Shown here piece by piece: positions 52,409 to 64,000 of a DNA stretch of 64,000 bases (the first letter of the stretch is position 1; each line of letters begins with the position of its first letter). The position numbers and the translations under genes were made by a program. The stretch spans positions 1,215,111 through 1,279,110 of the forward strand of contig NW_027192192.1 of NCBI RefSeq assembly GCF_041956535.1. Reading direction: 5' to 3'. This DNA is from Calcarisporiella thermophila CBS 279.70. Its lineage: Eukaryota > Fungi > Calcarisporiellomycota. The notes beneath the pieces were generated by a model. The model searched no databases and was not told where the DNA came from. It saw only the letters and a list, made by a program, of their open reading frames with translations.

Positions 52409-54570
52409 CTACAGCAAGTGCCAGGATTTTGGACGAGGGTACGGCTGATTTGCGCCATCGTCGCTGCGCTCCCAAACATACCTCCCAGCGGGCACGCCAC
52501 CTATCATGGCGGGGTTGGGCTCTGGACTCCGGAAAAAGCTGATCTTGGTCTGGGAGGCGGCCGTCGGCGGCGGCTGCCGCTGGAAACCGGCGTTCTGGCA
52601 CCGGTCGATCAGGCGGCACCACCACGACCTGCGCCGCCCACACCCGCATGTCTCTTCTCGCGCGCCCACGCTTTCGAGTCTCAGACAGATAACCGGCTGG
52701 ACCAGGGGATTTGGCTCCTGCGCAACCTGAAGGAGCTTGTGCGACCAACGACTGTAGATCTCGTCGATGAGCCCCTCCACATCGGCAGCCCCCTCCCTCT
52801 TCAGGCTCTGCGCAAAACCAGGGCGGGTCGCGGCCTCCCACCCCCGAACGCACGCGACGGCGTATTCCTTATCGGTGAGCTGCCCGCGCTCAAAGACGGC
52901 CCACGCGGGCTGCGGCTGATGGACGACAAAGAATTCACGCACCCGCCAAAGATGGCTTACGCTGAGGAGAACCTCCTTCGTTTCTCGGAGGGTACGGCAG
53001 TGCACGGGCTGCGTAAGCGCAGAGAGTTGCGAGCGTGTCAGCTTGGTCTCCTCCACAAGCTCCTGCAGCGTTTGGTCCAGCGACTCCACCATCAGCTCGC
53101 AAGCCGTCCCATTCTCGTTCGCGGCGGGGAAGGAGAGGACAAGCTGGCCACCGGGCGCGAATTCGGCGGCGCGGAGGTAGAGGAAGGTCAGGAGGTCGTC
53201 GTGGGCTCGCCGCTCAAAACTAAGCCGCTCTACCGCCGATACTCGCGGGGAGAAAGAATAGATGGAGCCACTCAATGAGATGGGGGGTGGTGAAGACAGG
53301 AAATGGAGGGAATATATCGAGAATCCTAAGTGGATGCTCTGATCTAATCAAAGAAAGGGAGTATTTGAGTGAGCGGAAGAGAGAGAAGAGGAGGGAAGGG
53401 GTGGAGAGAGTACGCCAATGTTTCGACTGACAGCTTTACCTGGGAAGAGACGGCGAATGATGGATTGCCCGATGATATGCGGGAACACATTGGTGCGTAT
53501 GACCGGCTGCAATTCTCGGAGGGCCGAGCTCCCGTTCCTGCTCTGTGCCGATGTCGAGTGCCGGAGTTGCTCTTTTTTCGAGGGAGAGGGCTGCTTTTCA
53601 CTCAGGCCCAACACATCCTCGTCAGACGAAACCCTGGCCAATTCCTCCGTTGTTAAATTTTCTTCTTCGGGCTCCTCTAGAATGGCTGGCGTCTGAAAAT
53701 TTTGCGTGTGAGGCCTCTGCTGAGAAGCTTTGGACATCATTGCAGGGTAGGAGGGAGCCTCCATCATCCCCTCTACATTTCTTGCGTCAGTAAAACTGGG
53801 GTGCTGCATCTGTTGCATCTCTTCTGTAGAATAGTTGGCAGATCTCCTGGCCGCCTTGGTGGCCATTTTGGTCGATACAGCCGAGGCTGGTCTCTCGCCC
53901 AACTCTGGCGTCCATTCGTGGGATTGCCGGGGCTGTTTCGGAGGGGTCCGAGGAGCATAATCGCGAGAGCGTCGAGAGGTTTTCTGCTTGCGCCAGTGCT
54001 CGTGCATCGGCAGCGGCGAGTAGGCCAGGTAGCTTTTTGACGGTTTAGAGAGGAGTCTACCAGAGGTTCGCGTAAATAAAATAGAAAACGAGATTAATCC
54101 AGGCGAATACGCGTAAAATCGATGGGATTGGTTAATTGTTACTTGAAAAGGGGCGAGAAATCGGTATGAGGCATGTCCGTGTGCGAGACAACGAAGTAGG
54201 GCTGGGGAATGGATGGATGCTTACGGTGTTTGGTGGTTTGGGATTTTGAAAAACGATTTTCAAGAATTGGAATCATTTCGGTGACGGCTGCCATGCTGTT
54301 GGTGCCAGAGCCACAGCCTAAAACGACGGGGTGGAAAGGTAAAATTCTTGCATTACGGTAAATGGCCATCTCACAGGCTCTTCTTACCAAATTCTGCTAT
54401 TTGAAGGGTATTCTCATCGTATCTCGGCAACGGACATCTTTCAGCTGAGTGAGAAAAAATGCAATCGGATTAGGTCCGAAACACGACCTCCATACTGGAG
54501 GTAGGACTCAAAACCGTTCACGATGAACGCTTCATTTACCTGCGCGTCTAATGACTGGCAAAATATCCAT
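52409..54570 (-). CDS. SABATH-family (Methyltransf_7) SAM-dependent carboxyl methyltransferase-like protein with internal insertion; multi-exon, 5' end uncertain
   Basis: Spliced motifs QIAEFGCGSGTNS, HTDMPHTDFSPLF, RLFPDQSIHLGFSIYSLHFLS and DLLTFLYLRAAEFAPGGQLVL. Confidence 0.8.
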
Positions 54571-55403
54571 GGTGGGAAGGAGGAGGGTGGGTAGGGCTGG
54601 CTAAGGGAAAGGTAGAATTGTACTGACTAGAGCAATTAGAACTAAGGGAAGAGAGGGAGAGTAATGGGCATTGCATGAATTAGATGAAGGAATGCAAGGT
54701 AGAGGAAAAGTGGGGTTAATAAAAATGGAGGCGGAACAGTTGCTGATAAAGCGGGTGAAAATGGTAAAAAACAATCAAATTAAATTGGAAAAGAATTAAT
54801 TACAGCCGATTTGATTGGGGAAGCGGGAGGCCTCCCATTCATCGATCACAAAACCGGTAGATGACGGAGGTGAGGGGGGGCGAGGCTGCCGCTGCAGTTT
54901 CAACGCAGAGGCCTGGAATCTGCAGCCAACAAGGGTGACTTGTCGAGAGTAATTAATTATTGCGCAAAAGAAAACACACAACGTGGTTAGCGCTCCCTTG
55001 TTTCATCGTGCGTTTTAAACAAACCGGTAGAAAGCAATCAATCCAGCAATATTGGATCGAGGGGGGGAGGGCGAACGCAAGGCGAGGGATCAAGAGCAAC
55101 AAGTCAGAAATAGCATTAATTTGTAGAAACGAGAATAGAGGGACAACCAACAAAGAAACAATGGGATATATGGGCAAAATGAACGAACGCCCAATTAATA
55201 GAATCTTTTATATATGTATATATTTTTTTTTTTTTCATAGATAAAATTATGAAAAAAAAGGAAAGATTTAACTAATTGTCCTTCATAGGAGATGGATTTC
55301 TTTAATAAAAAGAATCTCTACGACGCATAAAAATAACAATATATGTATATGTATATATTTATATCGATATACGTCACAGAGAGCAAGGCAGAGATGTGAA
55401 GGC

Positions 55404-57006
55404 TCAGAGCTCTTGAATCTGGCGTATCAAAAAGGCCTTTTCATCGTTGAACTGTTCATCGTCTACGTTGTTGATGAGCAGGGTTTAGGGCAAGAATCGA
55501 AGAGATAGCCAATGCTAGAGCAGCTTACCGTTGCGATCATTATGGAAGTTGGACAGAAACGTGATCAATTTCTCGCGATTTTTTTGCAGGATATCGAGAA
55601 TGGGTTTCGGTTTATGTGGGTTGGCAACAAACACCTGGACGGGGAAGCAAAAATCTATCAAACACAGGTTCGCGCAATAGCATTCCCAGGGGGAAATGTA
55701 CCTTGAATACATGGAATGCTTCAAACTGAATATTCCGACTCTTGTCTCGAAGTAGATTCATCATTAGCTTCATATTCTCCGCGTTTGCGATGTACTTTGT
55801 CATGACGCCGAAATTTGCACGGTCGAGCAGGATCTCACCCAAAAGCTAGTTGAATGAAAAAATACACATTCTTTTAGGTAGTCGGAATCTGCAATGAGGT
55901 AGGAGGATTGGCTTACCTTGAGAGATTGTCTTTTTGTTACATAGTTTGATGAGTTCAATAGCTTTGTGTAGTGTTCAAAAAACTAAGAGAAAACAGAGAG
56001 GTTAGTTAATGAGGGGGAGAAGTGAGGCAAGAGTAAAGTAAGGCGCTTACTGGCTGATAGTTTTTCTCCAAAAAGTCGGCCACCAAAGGCTTATGCCGCG
56101 TCAACAACTCCTATCAATAAAGACGGAGAGAATCAGTCTTAGGGAATCCCATGATAAAGAGAATTCGCCAACGAACTTTGAAAGTTGCAAACGCGTCACT
56201 CGCAACATCAAATGTACTCATCTCGACGTAGTCAAAAAATTTGTAGAATTGATCGGAAAAAAGTAGCGCCTTGGCAAGCGCTTCATGCCGTAGACACTCG
56301 CGTAGCATCATCCCACAGTTGAGAGCAATCTCTTGATTCTCATAGCTAGAGGGGGAGGTGACGTTTAAGTCTGTGCGAACCATGGCATTACCACTCAATA
56401 AACCCTTCATATTACCTTCTAAGTAGCGTAAACAATATTAGCTCGCGGGTGCAGAGATATTCCACCGTCGGCCATCGAGAACCAATTTGGCGCCTTAGTA
56501 GGTTATTGAATATCTGAGACACGTCTTTTCTTGCCTAGTACAGGTGAAAAATAAGCGACCATTTTGATATATCCGGCAGAGGCCGATTCCCTCGAGGATT
56601 TACCTCGAATTCAAAGCGAGCAATATTGAGCACTAGCAACTGCAAAAGATCGTTGTTATAGACCTCTTGCGACAACTGCGCAACCTGCTCCGGTATAGGA
56701 TCGTGGTCTGGTAGCAAAGAGACGGGTAAAATACCAAGGAGAGAAAAGAGGGGTTAGGGCTGCATCCGAATACCTGCATCGCCATATAGTATCGTTTTCA
56801 TTGCAATGAGATTCTTTGAAATATCGTCATTGGCCTGTTCAAAGATTGCATTATGCATCGCGGTTAGCTACACAAAACACGGCAAAGCAAACAGCGGATC
56901 CTGCCTTCTTTTTATCCGGCCCTTCTAATCTTGATATGGCATCCCGCACATTCTTGACTAAATCGTGGGGAGTCTTCTGTTTAGACTTGAAGATGTTGAA
57001 ATTCAT
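55404..57006 (-). CDS. HYM1: MO25/Hym1/CAB39 kinase scaffold, many exons
   Basis: Motifs FEFE|[67 protein letters not shown] and FNDEKAFLI. Confidence 0.95.
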
Positions 57007-57515
57007 GGTGGTAACCTTTCCAGCACACAGGCCAGAAGAAAAAAAAACGCTAATTAATGAGCCGACGGGAGTATTAAGGAAGAAAGTGGATGAGGGAGTG
57101 ATGGAAAATCTATAGGGTAGGAGATACAGTAACAAGATTTACAAACAGCAATGCTAGGGTAGCGATGAATTCGGTGAACATAAGGGCGGTGATATAAGCG
57201 CACGACCAGAATTAAAGGTGGTAAGCGAGGTGTCTGCGCCTCGTTTTGGATTATGCTCGAAACTATTTTATATACTTAGGAGGGTAGAGAACCTTTGAGT
57301 TTGTAGGCAAAATAAAATGCACTTTCTTCGATCAAATGCAGAAAGAATTGACTCGAGGCGATCTCCCTTGTTGCCCCATGAGATTCAATTGAGAAGATAC
57401 TCATTTCATAATGAATATTCGAGATTCACAAAAATTAATAAGCAGTCGGTACATTGGGGAAGTAATGTACAAAAAGCGAACAGGAAACATAAAGTCTATC
57501 TATACAAGAGGGAAT

Positions 57516-57740
57516 CTATTTTTTCGATGCATGTTTATTCCAACATTCTTTGAATGCATCCATTTCCTTTTGACATTTCCGCCAATCGCGTGTATCGTAG
57601 AAGCAGAGCTGTAAATCTTCATTCTCCTTTGCACAGCCGGTCCTTTTGATACGCTCATTGTACTCGTCCTCTTCGTCCTCCTCTACCTGCTCTGCGTGCG
57701 CTGAGGCAGGGACTTTTGTTTCCGGCTTTGAATCGGCCAT
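57516..57740 (-). CDS. COA4: Cytochrome c oxidase assembly factor 4 (twin CX9C)
   Basis: Sequence DEYNERIKRTGCAKENEDLQLCFYDTRDWRKCQKEMDAFKEC. Confidence 0.88.
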   Translation of the reverse strand: MADSKPETKVPASAHAEQVEEDEEDEYNERIKRTGCAKENEDLQLCFYDTRDWRKCQKEMDAFKECWNKHASKK

Positions 57741-58566
57741 GACTAAGAGAATGGCTCACCTGATCTCATAAAAGCTCCTCCAACGAGACTCTTATCCAAG
57801 TGGCTAAGGCTGAAGAAAGCTTTGAATCTCCGCGCTCAGATTTAGGCGGAAAATTAAGGTTCGAAGGCCTCGTCCGAAGTATAAACCCTGACTTTCTACC
57901 GTGGAAGAATCTTGGAAAAAGCTTAAGTTAGAAGAGCTCTTGAATAAGTGGGCTCGAGATAGAAGTCCATTGAATATCCCTCAAGAAAACAACTGCTTAA
58001 TATAGAGCTGGATTTATAGAACTCCTCTTGAACTACGTCGAAGCACCTGTTCTATTTAAACTAATAGAGAGTAGAGAGCTGTCGGCTGCTTTTATTATAG
58101 GAATGCAGTGCAGCTCTGTGTATTGGGAGAAACGATTCTAAAGTGCGATCACCTTTAGTGCTGCCATTTCCACAAGCAGAGTTAGCTCCGGGTGGAAACC
58201 GCTAGTTCCTGTGAAACAATGAAGACAATCCTTGTCCCCTCATAAATGCATAAATGAGCACACCCAAGGCACAACCACTTTGATGGTAGACAATCGGCCC
58301 CACCGATCCTTGCATCATCTTTCAAATAGTTTAAAAGCGTTGCGAAATCGAATAATTAGAGGAGATCCAGAAACACACTAGTTTAATTAATAAAAATTTT
58401 ACAAACACATAAAGAAAAGCAAACACGTCAAAGAGAAAATATGTATAGCGTCAGTGGGAATGAGAAAGAGAATAAGTAAGAAGCCCTTGCTCCCGTCGAA
58501 AAGCTCGCATAAGATAGAATGACTATATGCCAACACACACTCATGTAGATCCTCAATGGCCCAGAA

Positions 58567-59425
58567 CTACTGCCGTAGTTGCTTTAGCCTTTCTGCCAAC
58601 TCGTCGGATTCCTTTTCCTCCTTTTCTAGCTGGGGCACCACATTCGACGTCGCCGCCGATCTCAACTCCTGGTTGAGCTCCAAGCCCGCCTCATCCGCAA
58701 CCTGCTGCATTAGTACATCCACTTCCTCTTGCGGCGTTGTTAGTGTGGTGGAGCTGCCCATGGCGCCCTCCATGTAGCCAGTCTGGACGTCTAGGTCTTC
58801 GAACTGAGCCTCAAATTTGTCCATGACAAGCGAAATCTTTTCGAGATTCATGGATTCCATCGCCTTATCCATGCCTTTGACTACATTCGCCATCGAAGAG
58901 GTCACTTTGCGCATCGTGACGGCTGTCTGAACGCGACTCGCCACGGCATCAATACGCGAACTCAAGCGAAGCAAATTGAGCGCTTCGTTCTTTTTTCGGA
59001 TGGCGTTTGCGGCATATATGCGAGCACCCTCATTATTGCCCTGCTGAATGGCCTAAGTGGTTTCCAAGACAAATCAGTATATCGCCATAGTAGGCCCACA
59101 CGCTTCCTCCATCTACCTTTTTTAATTTCGCTTTTTCTGTTAATTCATCCTTGTTGCATTTTTTGGATTGTCTCTGAAGTTGTTTAGCTGTGAACTAAAC
59201 AATTAAAAGAAAAAAGTAAAAAAATTTAGTACTTGGGTCCATAATCAAATAAAAAAACATCTTACTTTTAACTGAAAAAGCTGCTCTAGCAACGTGGAAA
59301 ATTTGATCCAAAAAAAGGGTAATATGGAAGAATGGCGAATACATCAGAATTTAGTCAGGTTCGAAGGATCTTCAAAACAAATCATAACCATGGCGGCAGG
59401 CATACTCACTTTCCAAATTACTCAT
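58567..59425 (-). CDS. DID2: ESCRT-III subunit CHMP1/Did2/Vps46, 4 exons
   Basis: Spliced MSNLEKQLFQLKFTAKQL...[12 protein letters not shown]...[20 protein letters not shown]...[13 protein letters not shown]...LAERLKQLR. Confidence 0.95.
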
Positions 59426-59834
59426 ATCTTAAGCGTGCTATTAAGGTGAAGGGCAGCTGAATCTACTAAATAGGCGTGTCGATCGATGCGATCTAAGTAA
59501 ATGGATATGCGATGACAAGAAAAGTGAGTTGGACCTTATTGAAAAAGTAGGGTGGCACAGCAATTTAATTATCTTGGCTCATGCGGGATTAGATAGTAAA
59601 ACAAAGGCTCGTCAAATGAAAGGGTAAAAAATAAAAGAAAACAGTGTCTGCATATAAAGGAAAATGTACATCGTCAGGTATTAGTGGCACATTTAAAGAA
59701 AGAATTCTCGAGAGAAAACTAATATACGATTGTAAACCCAAACAAAATAAAGTCCAGTTAAAGCATGTTGCATAGAAACCATTTTAGGGGGGAGCGGGGA
59801 GGTGGAGTCGAATACAGCCATATCAGCACAAAGT

Positions 59835-62579
59835 CTATCCCCTTTCCACTAAAACCATGTTTCGGTACTCAATCTCGGCGTAAATCTCCCATTCACTAAG
59901 TAGAAGTAGAGCGTGTTTTCTTTAGTAGGCCCCATAGTGAGATTGCATCGATTCAACTTTTCCTACCTCATATCGTCCACTTCCTCGATGACTCCCCACT
60001 CCTCTTCATTTTCGCCCTCCTCCGAGCCACCTCCGTTGCACTCGGCTCTCAGTAGCTGTTTCCTTACTCTCAAGTGATGGTGGTAGTGCTCATATGCAAT
60101 GCACCGTGACAAGTTGAAGAACAAGTCGAAAAACTCGGGCGCTTGCTTGCAGCGTTTGAGGTCGGCAAGCGAGATCTGGCCCTGGCGCACAGGATTAACA
60201 AGATCCATTCTATCACAGCAGCAATAATAAGGGCGTGAGTTCTCTGCCTACAGTCAGGCGTGAGAAATACAAATGGGGTTCCCTACATTTGGCAGATACA
60301 GTCCTCGAGCTTGACAATCTCTGCCTCAAAAATCTCCATGCGCTGAACCTGCTCTTGGAAGAAATACTCGAGCTCGAACACCGTCAATACGCCGTCGTCA
60401 TCCAAATCCATGCAGCGGAACCTACCAACGCATCTTGGTTATCTGGAGTCAACTAAGTCAAAGCTTTACTGTATTCAATACCAGTATTCTATGGCGGTCG
60501 GCGTGGATTTATCCGTTTCTGACAAAAAGAACCATATAAAATCAAGATAGCCCATATACAGCTCTTCATCTACTCCCCCTTCGCTTTGCTTTCGAAAGGG
60601 CTCATGCAGTTTGGCACAGCCGTTTAGAACGCGCTTTAGAATGCGCGTAGTGAGCGCATAATTTCCATATCTTGCAAGATCTTCCTCATGAAGTACTAAG
60701 TCATGGTCGGTGTCTAGTTCGAAAAATTTGCAGTAGATAACATAAAAGTGTTTGTAGGAAAAACAGTCGCGCGTCTAGTGGGAAAATCCACAATTATCCT
60801 ATCTAGAATTCCAAAAAAACACAAGATGCCTTCCTTACTGTACTAAGATCACAGGTTTCTTCCAGCCTACGGAGCTCATTTACAAAGTCACTTCGTCGAA
60901 ATTGGCCCAGGGTCATGCGCCCAACAAAATTCTTGGAGTTGTAGAATATACGGCATATCACGGTTTCCGCTGTTAACAGAGGGCAAAGGTCACTATCATC
61001 CTGTTCCTTATCAATGATTAGACAAAGAAGGGCTCACCGTATCTCTCTTGAAAGAGAGGATTATCCGCCAGAAAGTCGAGCCCGGGATGGTATAGAACCA
61101 CGTCTACAATAGATCAACGATAAGCGACGGAAGACACCGCTCTCATGGAGCTAATTCTACAGTACCTTCGAGAATGGGCAAAAAGTCGTCAGGTGTTAAA
61201 ACGTGGGCGTCATTCTTTTGTAGAAGCTTGAATAGGATGGCCTCCTCATCATGACATTCTCTTGAGATATCGGTCCATGTCCTTGATTATGTCATGATGT
61301 AGCATCAAGTTTTCCGTGAGAGCAAAGAAAAGCGGTTACTCTACCTCGCAAACTCCTCATATCCGACCAGGTCGATCTGAGTCCCTTCGGCCTCTACTTT
61401 TCGAAAGAGAGCAATGTTGGCATACCGCGGTAAGTTGCATATATCTTTTGATATCGGGAGGAACTCCATCTCATCCAAGTGCTCGCGATCGCCAAAAATT
61501 TCTTGAGCCTTGGTCTAGTTGAAGAAGGCGAAAAAAGGCGCAACCACTAAGCATTGTATTATAGAAGGGGAGAGCTTATTCATTTGAATTACATTACCAG
61601 AACCATGGCTAGTCGACGCGATGCTTCATCAGGGGACACCGATTTTCTTAGAGGAAAGAGGAGGGGTTTTGTAGGACTCTATGGAATCATCCTAGAGCGT
61701 TAGACTTGGAAGAAAACATAAAAGAGATGCATTCGTACCGATAATCCTTCATTGAAGGAAATACCCAAGTCATTTCCCAAAAAAATCATGACTCTCCCCG
61801 TACTGTCCGCATAGACTACCTCCTCCACGTGCACACCTAGCCCCGGTAGATCTGCACTCAAGACTTCCTTAGCCACCGCTTGTTTTTCCGCATTGGGTGG
61901 AGCCTGCTCCTCTCGCCGTGCATTAGGAGAGCACATATTGTCCAAGGAAGCATAGAGGGATTCGTGCATGCTCTCGTTCTTTTTCAGGACGAAATTTTCG
62001 GTAGAGGGGATTGTCTTTTCTGTAAACTTACTCCTCCGCGGCTGCTGTATCGGGGAGAGCGCTTTCTCCTGAAAGAGCGCATTGGGGTGAATATCTTCAG
62101 GGCCGTTCAACAGGCCAATGTGTGACATACGCGGAGAAAGGCAGGGTGGCGACCTTGAATTCTGAATTCCATTATCGCTGGGGACGGATGTCAAGGGTGG
62201 TGATTTCAGCACATTTTGGAATAGATCTTGTATTCATTTAAAATAGAGTGTGTGTTAGGGGCAAATGGACACGAAAAAGAAGGACTGTCAACTATCCATA
62301 GCTACCACTGAGGTTGTCGGCAGACAGAGTGATGCTGTTCGAAGGATGAGACCCATTCCATCCTTTCCGCCACTGCCCGGGACTTACCGGAGGCGTCGAA
62401 GCATTCTCTGATGAAAGCTGCGCACCCTTGGACTTGTTGGGGGAGACGGGGAGGAGCGAGGAGCGAGCTGCACCACTATTCTTGTCAGAAGAGGCCGATG
62501 ATGGGTTCATGCCCGTGGAATGGAGCTTGTAAAACACCCGCACTAAGGACTGAAACTTGTTCAGGGGATGGCTAGTCAT
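59835..62579 (-). CDS. PP2A regulatory subunit B'' (PPP2R3 family, EF-hand); many exons, start uncertain (possibly as far as 62892)
   Basis: Motifs HPGLDFL, TVICRIFY, FSYKHFYVIYCKFFELDTDHD, SETDKSTPTAIEYWFRCMDLDDDG and ISLADLKRC. Confidence 0.88.
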
Positions 62580-62941
62580 TTCCTCACAAGATGTGAGAGC
62601 TGTGTCGAGGAATAACAGAGGAGAGATGGGAAAGCGCTGAGGGGATGTTCTTCTTCGTGGTGGCGGCAATGACGGGAGGGATAATTAAATACAGGAGAAA
62701 GAGGGATGAGCGCACACGTTTTCCTTACGGTTTCATAAGATAAGTACAAAAAAGGGAAATGGAAAGAATGCATTCCACAGTTGCGGGTGGCCAATGCGAA
62801 TTTGGAGAGCAGGATGAAAATTTCTTGACACGTATCACGAATGGCAGCAGCTGAGCCGATTTCCTCGCGTCGTCTGGCAGCAGTACTGACATCTTCTGCC
62901 GGCAGCTCCTCTCCTCGGTGCACCGCTGGTTGAACGAGCCC

Positions 62942-62975
62942 TGCCTGCACATCGCCTTGCCTGCACATCGCCTTG
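62942..62975 (+). repeat. 16-bp direct tandem duplication (TGCCTGCACATCGCCT) x2
   Basis: Directly visible perfect duplication between the divergent PP2A B'' and hydrolase genes. Confidence 0.9.
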
Positions 62976-63304
62976 TCTATAACCTGAGCGGCTCCCTGGA
63001 GCTATTGTGCTACTTCTTTGGCTAGTAACCTAATCTTCCTTGCTAGAATATCATTAGACCTCGTTTGAGGTGCCTATTCAGGAAAATAGAGGAGTTTGCA
63101 TAACTTCTCTTCCGAGAGGTTTGGGACACAGCGACGAGGCCCAGCAAAGGGATCTATAGAGCACCCACTACCGGCTCAATTCTCTCTTCTGCACCAATCA
63201 AATGCAAGTTTGCATCTTTCAGAAGAGTTTCCTACCCATTTCTCCTCTATCCAAGGGAACCCAATCATACACGGGTGCGGATCCGAACAAAATTCGGGCC
63301 TCAG

Positions 63305-64000
63305 ATGCCCGTGGTGGCAACGAAGTTTCAGTCTTTTAATAGGGGCCATTCTTCAAATTCCAATGGAAACATCTCGCCATTCCAGCATCGTATCGCTAGA
63401 ATGTATACCGAAAGAATACCCCCATTAACCAAAGGTTATGCCGTAATACAGCGATCCAAATGTAAACCTGTGAAAATATACTACGAATTATATGGGAAGG
63501 GACCCCGCTGTATAATGATGATTATGGGTAATGTGTACATACTCTAGTTGATAGAATCTTTACTCTATGCTCGCTTTTAACACCTCGGCCCATTTCTTTT
63601 TTAATAGGGTTTGGTCTCCCTTGTCTCGCATGGTACAAATTGGTGAGCATTTAAATCGGTATAGCTTTGTCCTTACCTCACTAATCGTTAATGCATCATT
63701 TAGATCCACTATCTGATGTCCAGCTCCAATGAATTCTCCATTCTTGTGTTCGACCATTGTGGTGTTGGCATGTCAGGTGGGGCGTTGCTTCTAGTTCTAT
63801 GTAAAACTCGGATCCTCATTTATTCTATTAGAGGCGCCAAAGAAACTTCGCTACACGACGAAATCCATGGCAAAAGATGCGCTCGGATTACTCGAGTATG
63901 TCGGTTGGACAAAAAGCGTTCATTTGCTTGGGTGCTCGCTCGGTGGAATGGTGTGCCAGTTTATGGCCGCTTATCGGCCTAGCAATTTCTTGTCCCTTAC
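63305..64000 (+). CDS. Alpha/beta hydrolase, multi-exon, truncated by window end
   Basis: Motifs IYYELYGKGP, VFDHCGVGMS and YTTKSMAKDA, with nucleophile elbow GCSLGG. Confidence 0.85.

Noticed and set aside
52334-53278. 314-aa + strand ORF
   Set aside because: It is the antisense shadow of the GC-rich SABATH exon and has no motifs.
59287-59409. Possible box C/D snoRNA in DID2 intron 1 (two CTGA boxes)
   Set aside because: No proper RTGATGA box C and no terminal stem.

Overview
This is eukaryotic, gene-dense, intron-rich DNA (short GT-AG introns) from an early-diverging, non-Dikarya fungus (inferred from WD40-bearing ATG16, PP2A B'', BLOC1S1 and RRM-bearing TRMT2A-like genes). About 30 protein-coding genes can be reconstructed, mostly housekeeping: AVT-type transporter, tRNA m5U54 methyltransferase, ATG16L, ketopantoate reductase, MSS116-like helicase, YME2, STE7-type MAPKK, BLOC1S1, ABC1 kinase, HSP90, MAD3, G-alpha, MO25, COA4, CHMP1 and PP2A B''. 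I saw no rRNA, tRNA, CRISPR array or intact transposon. The most striking items are: (i) a 7-exon gene encoding a 179-aa protein with three stathmin-like repeats, a family usually regarded as metazoan; (ii) a ~215-nt highly base-paired intergenic element at 45.2-45.4 kb that is a candidate ncRNA; (iii) a SABATH-family methyltransferase split by a ~170-aa disordered insertion; (iv) a GC-rich compositional island at about 35-55 kb. All gene models were spliced by hand and no database search was run.
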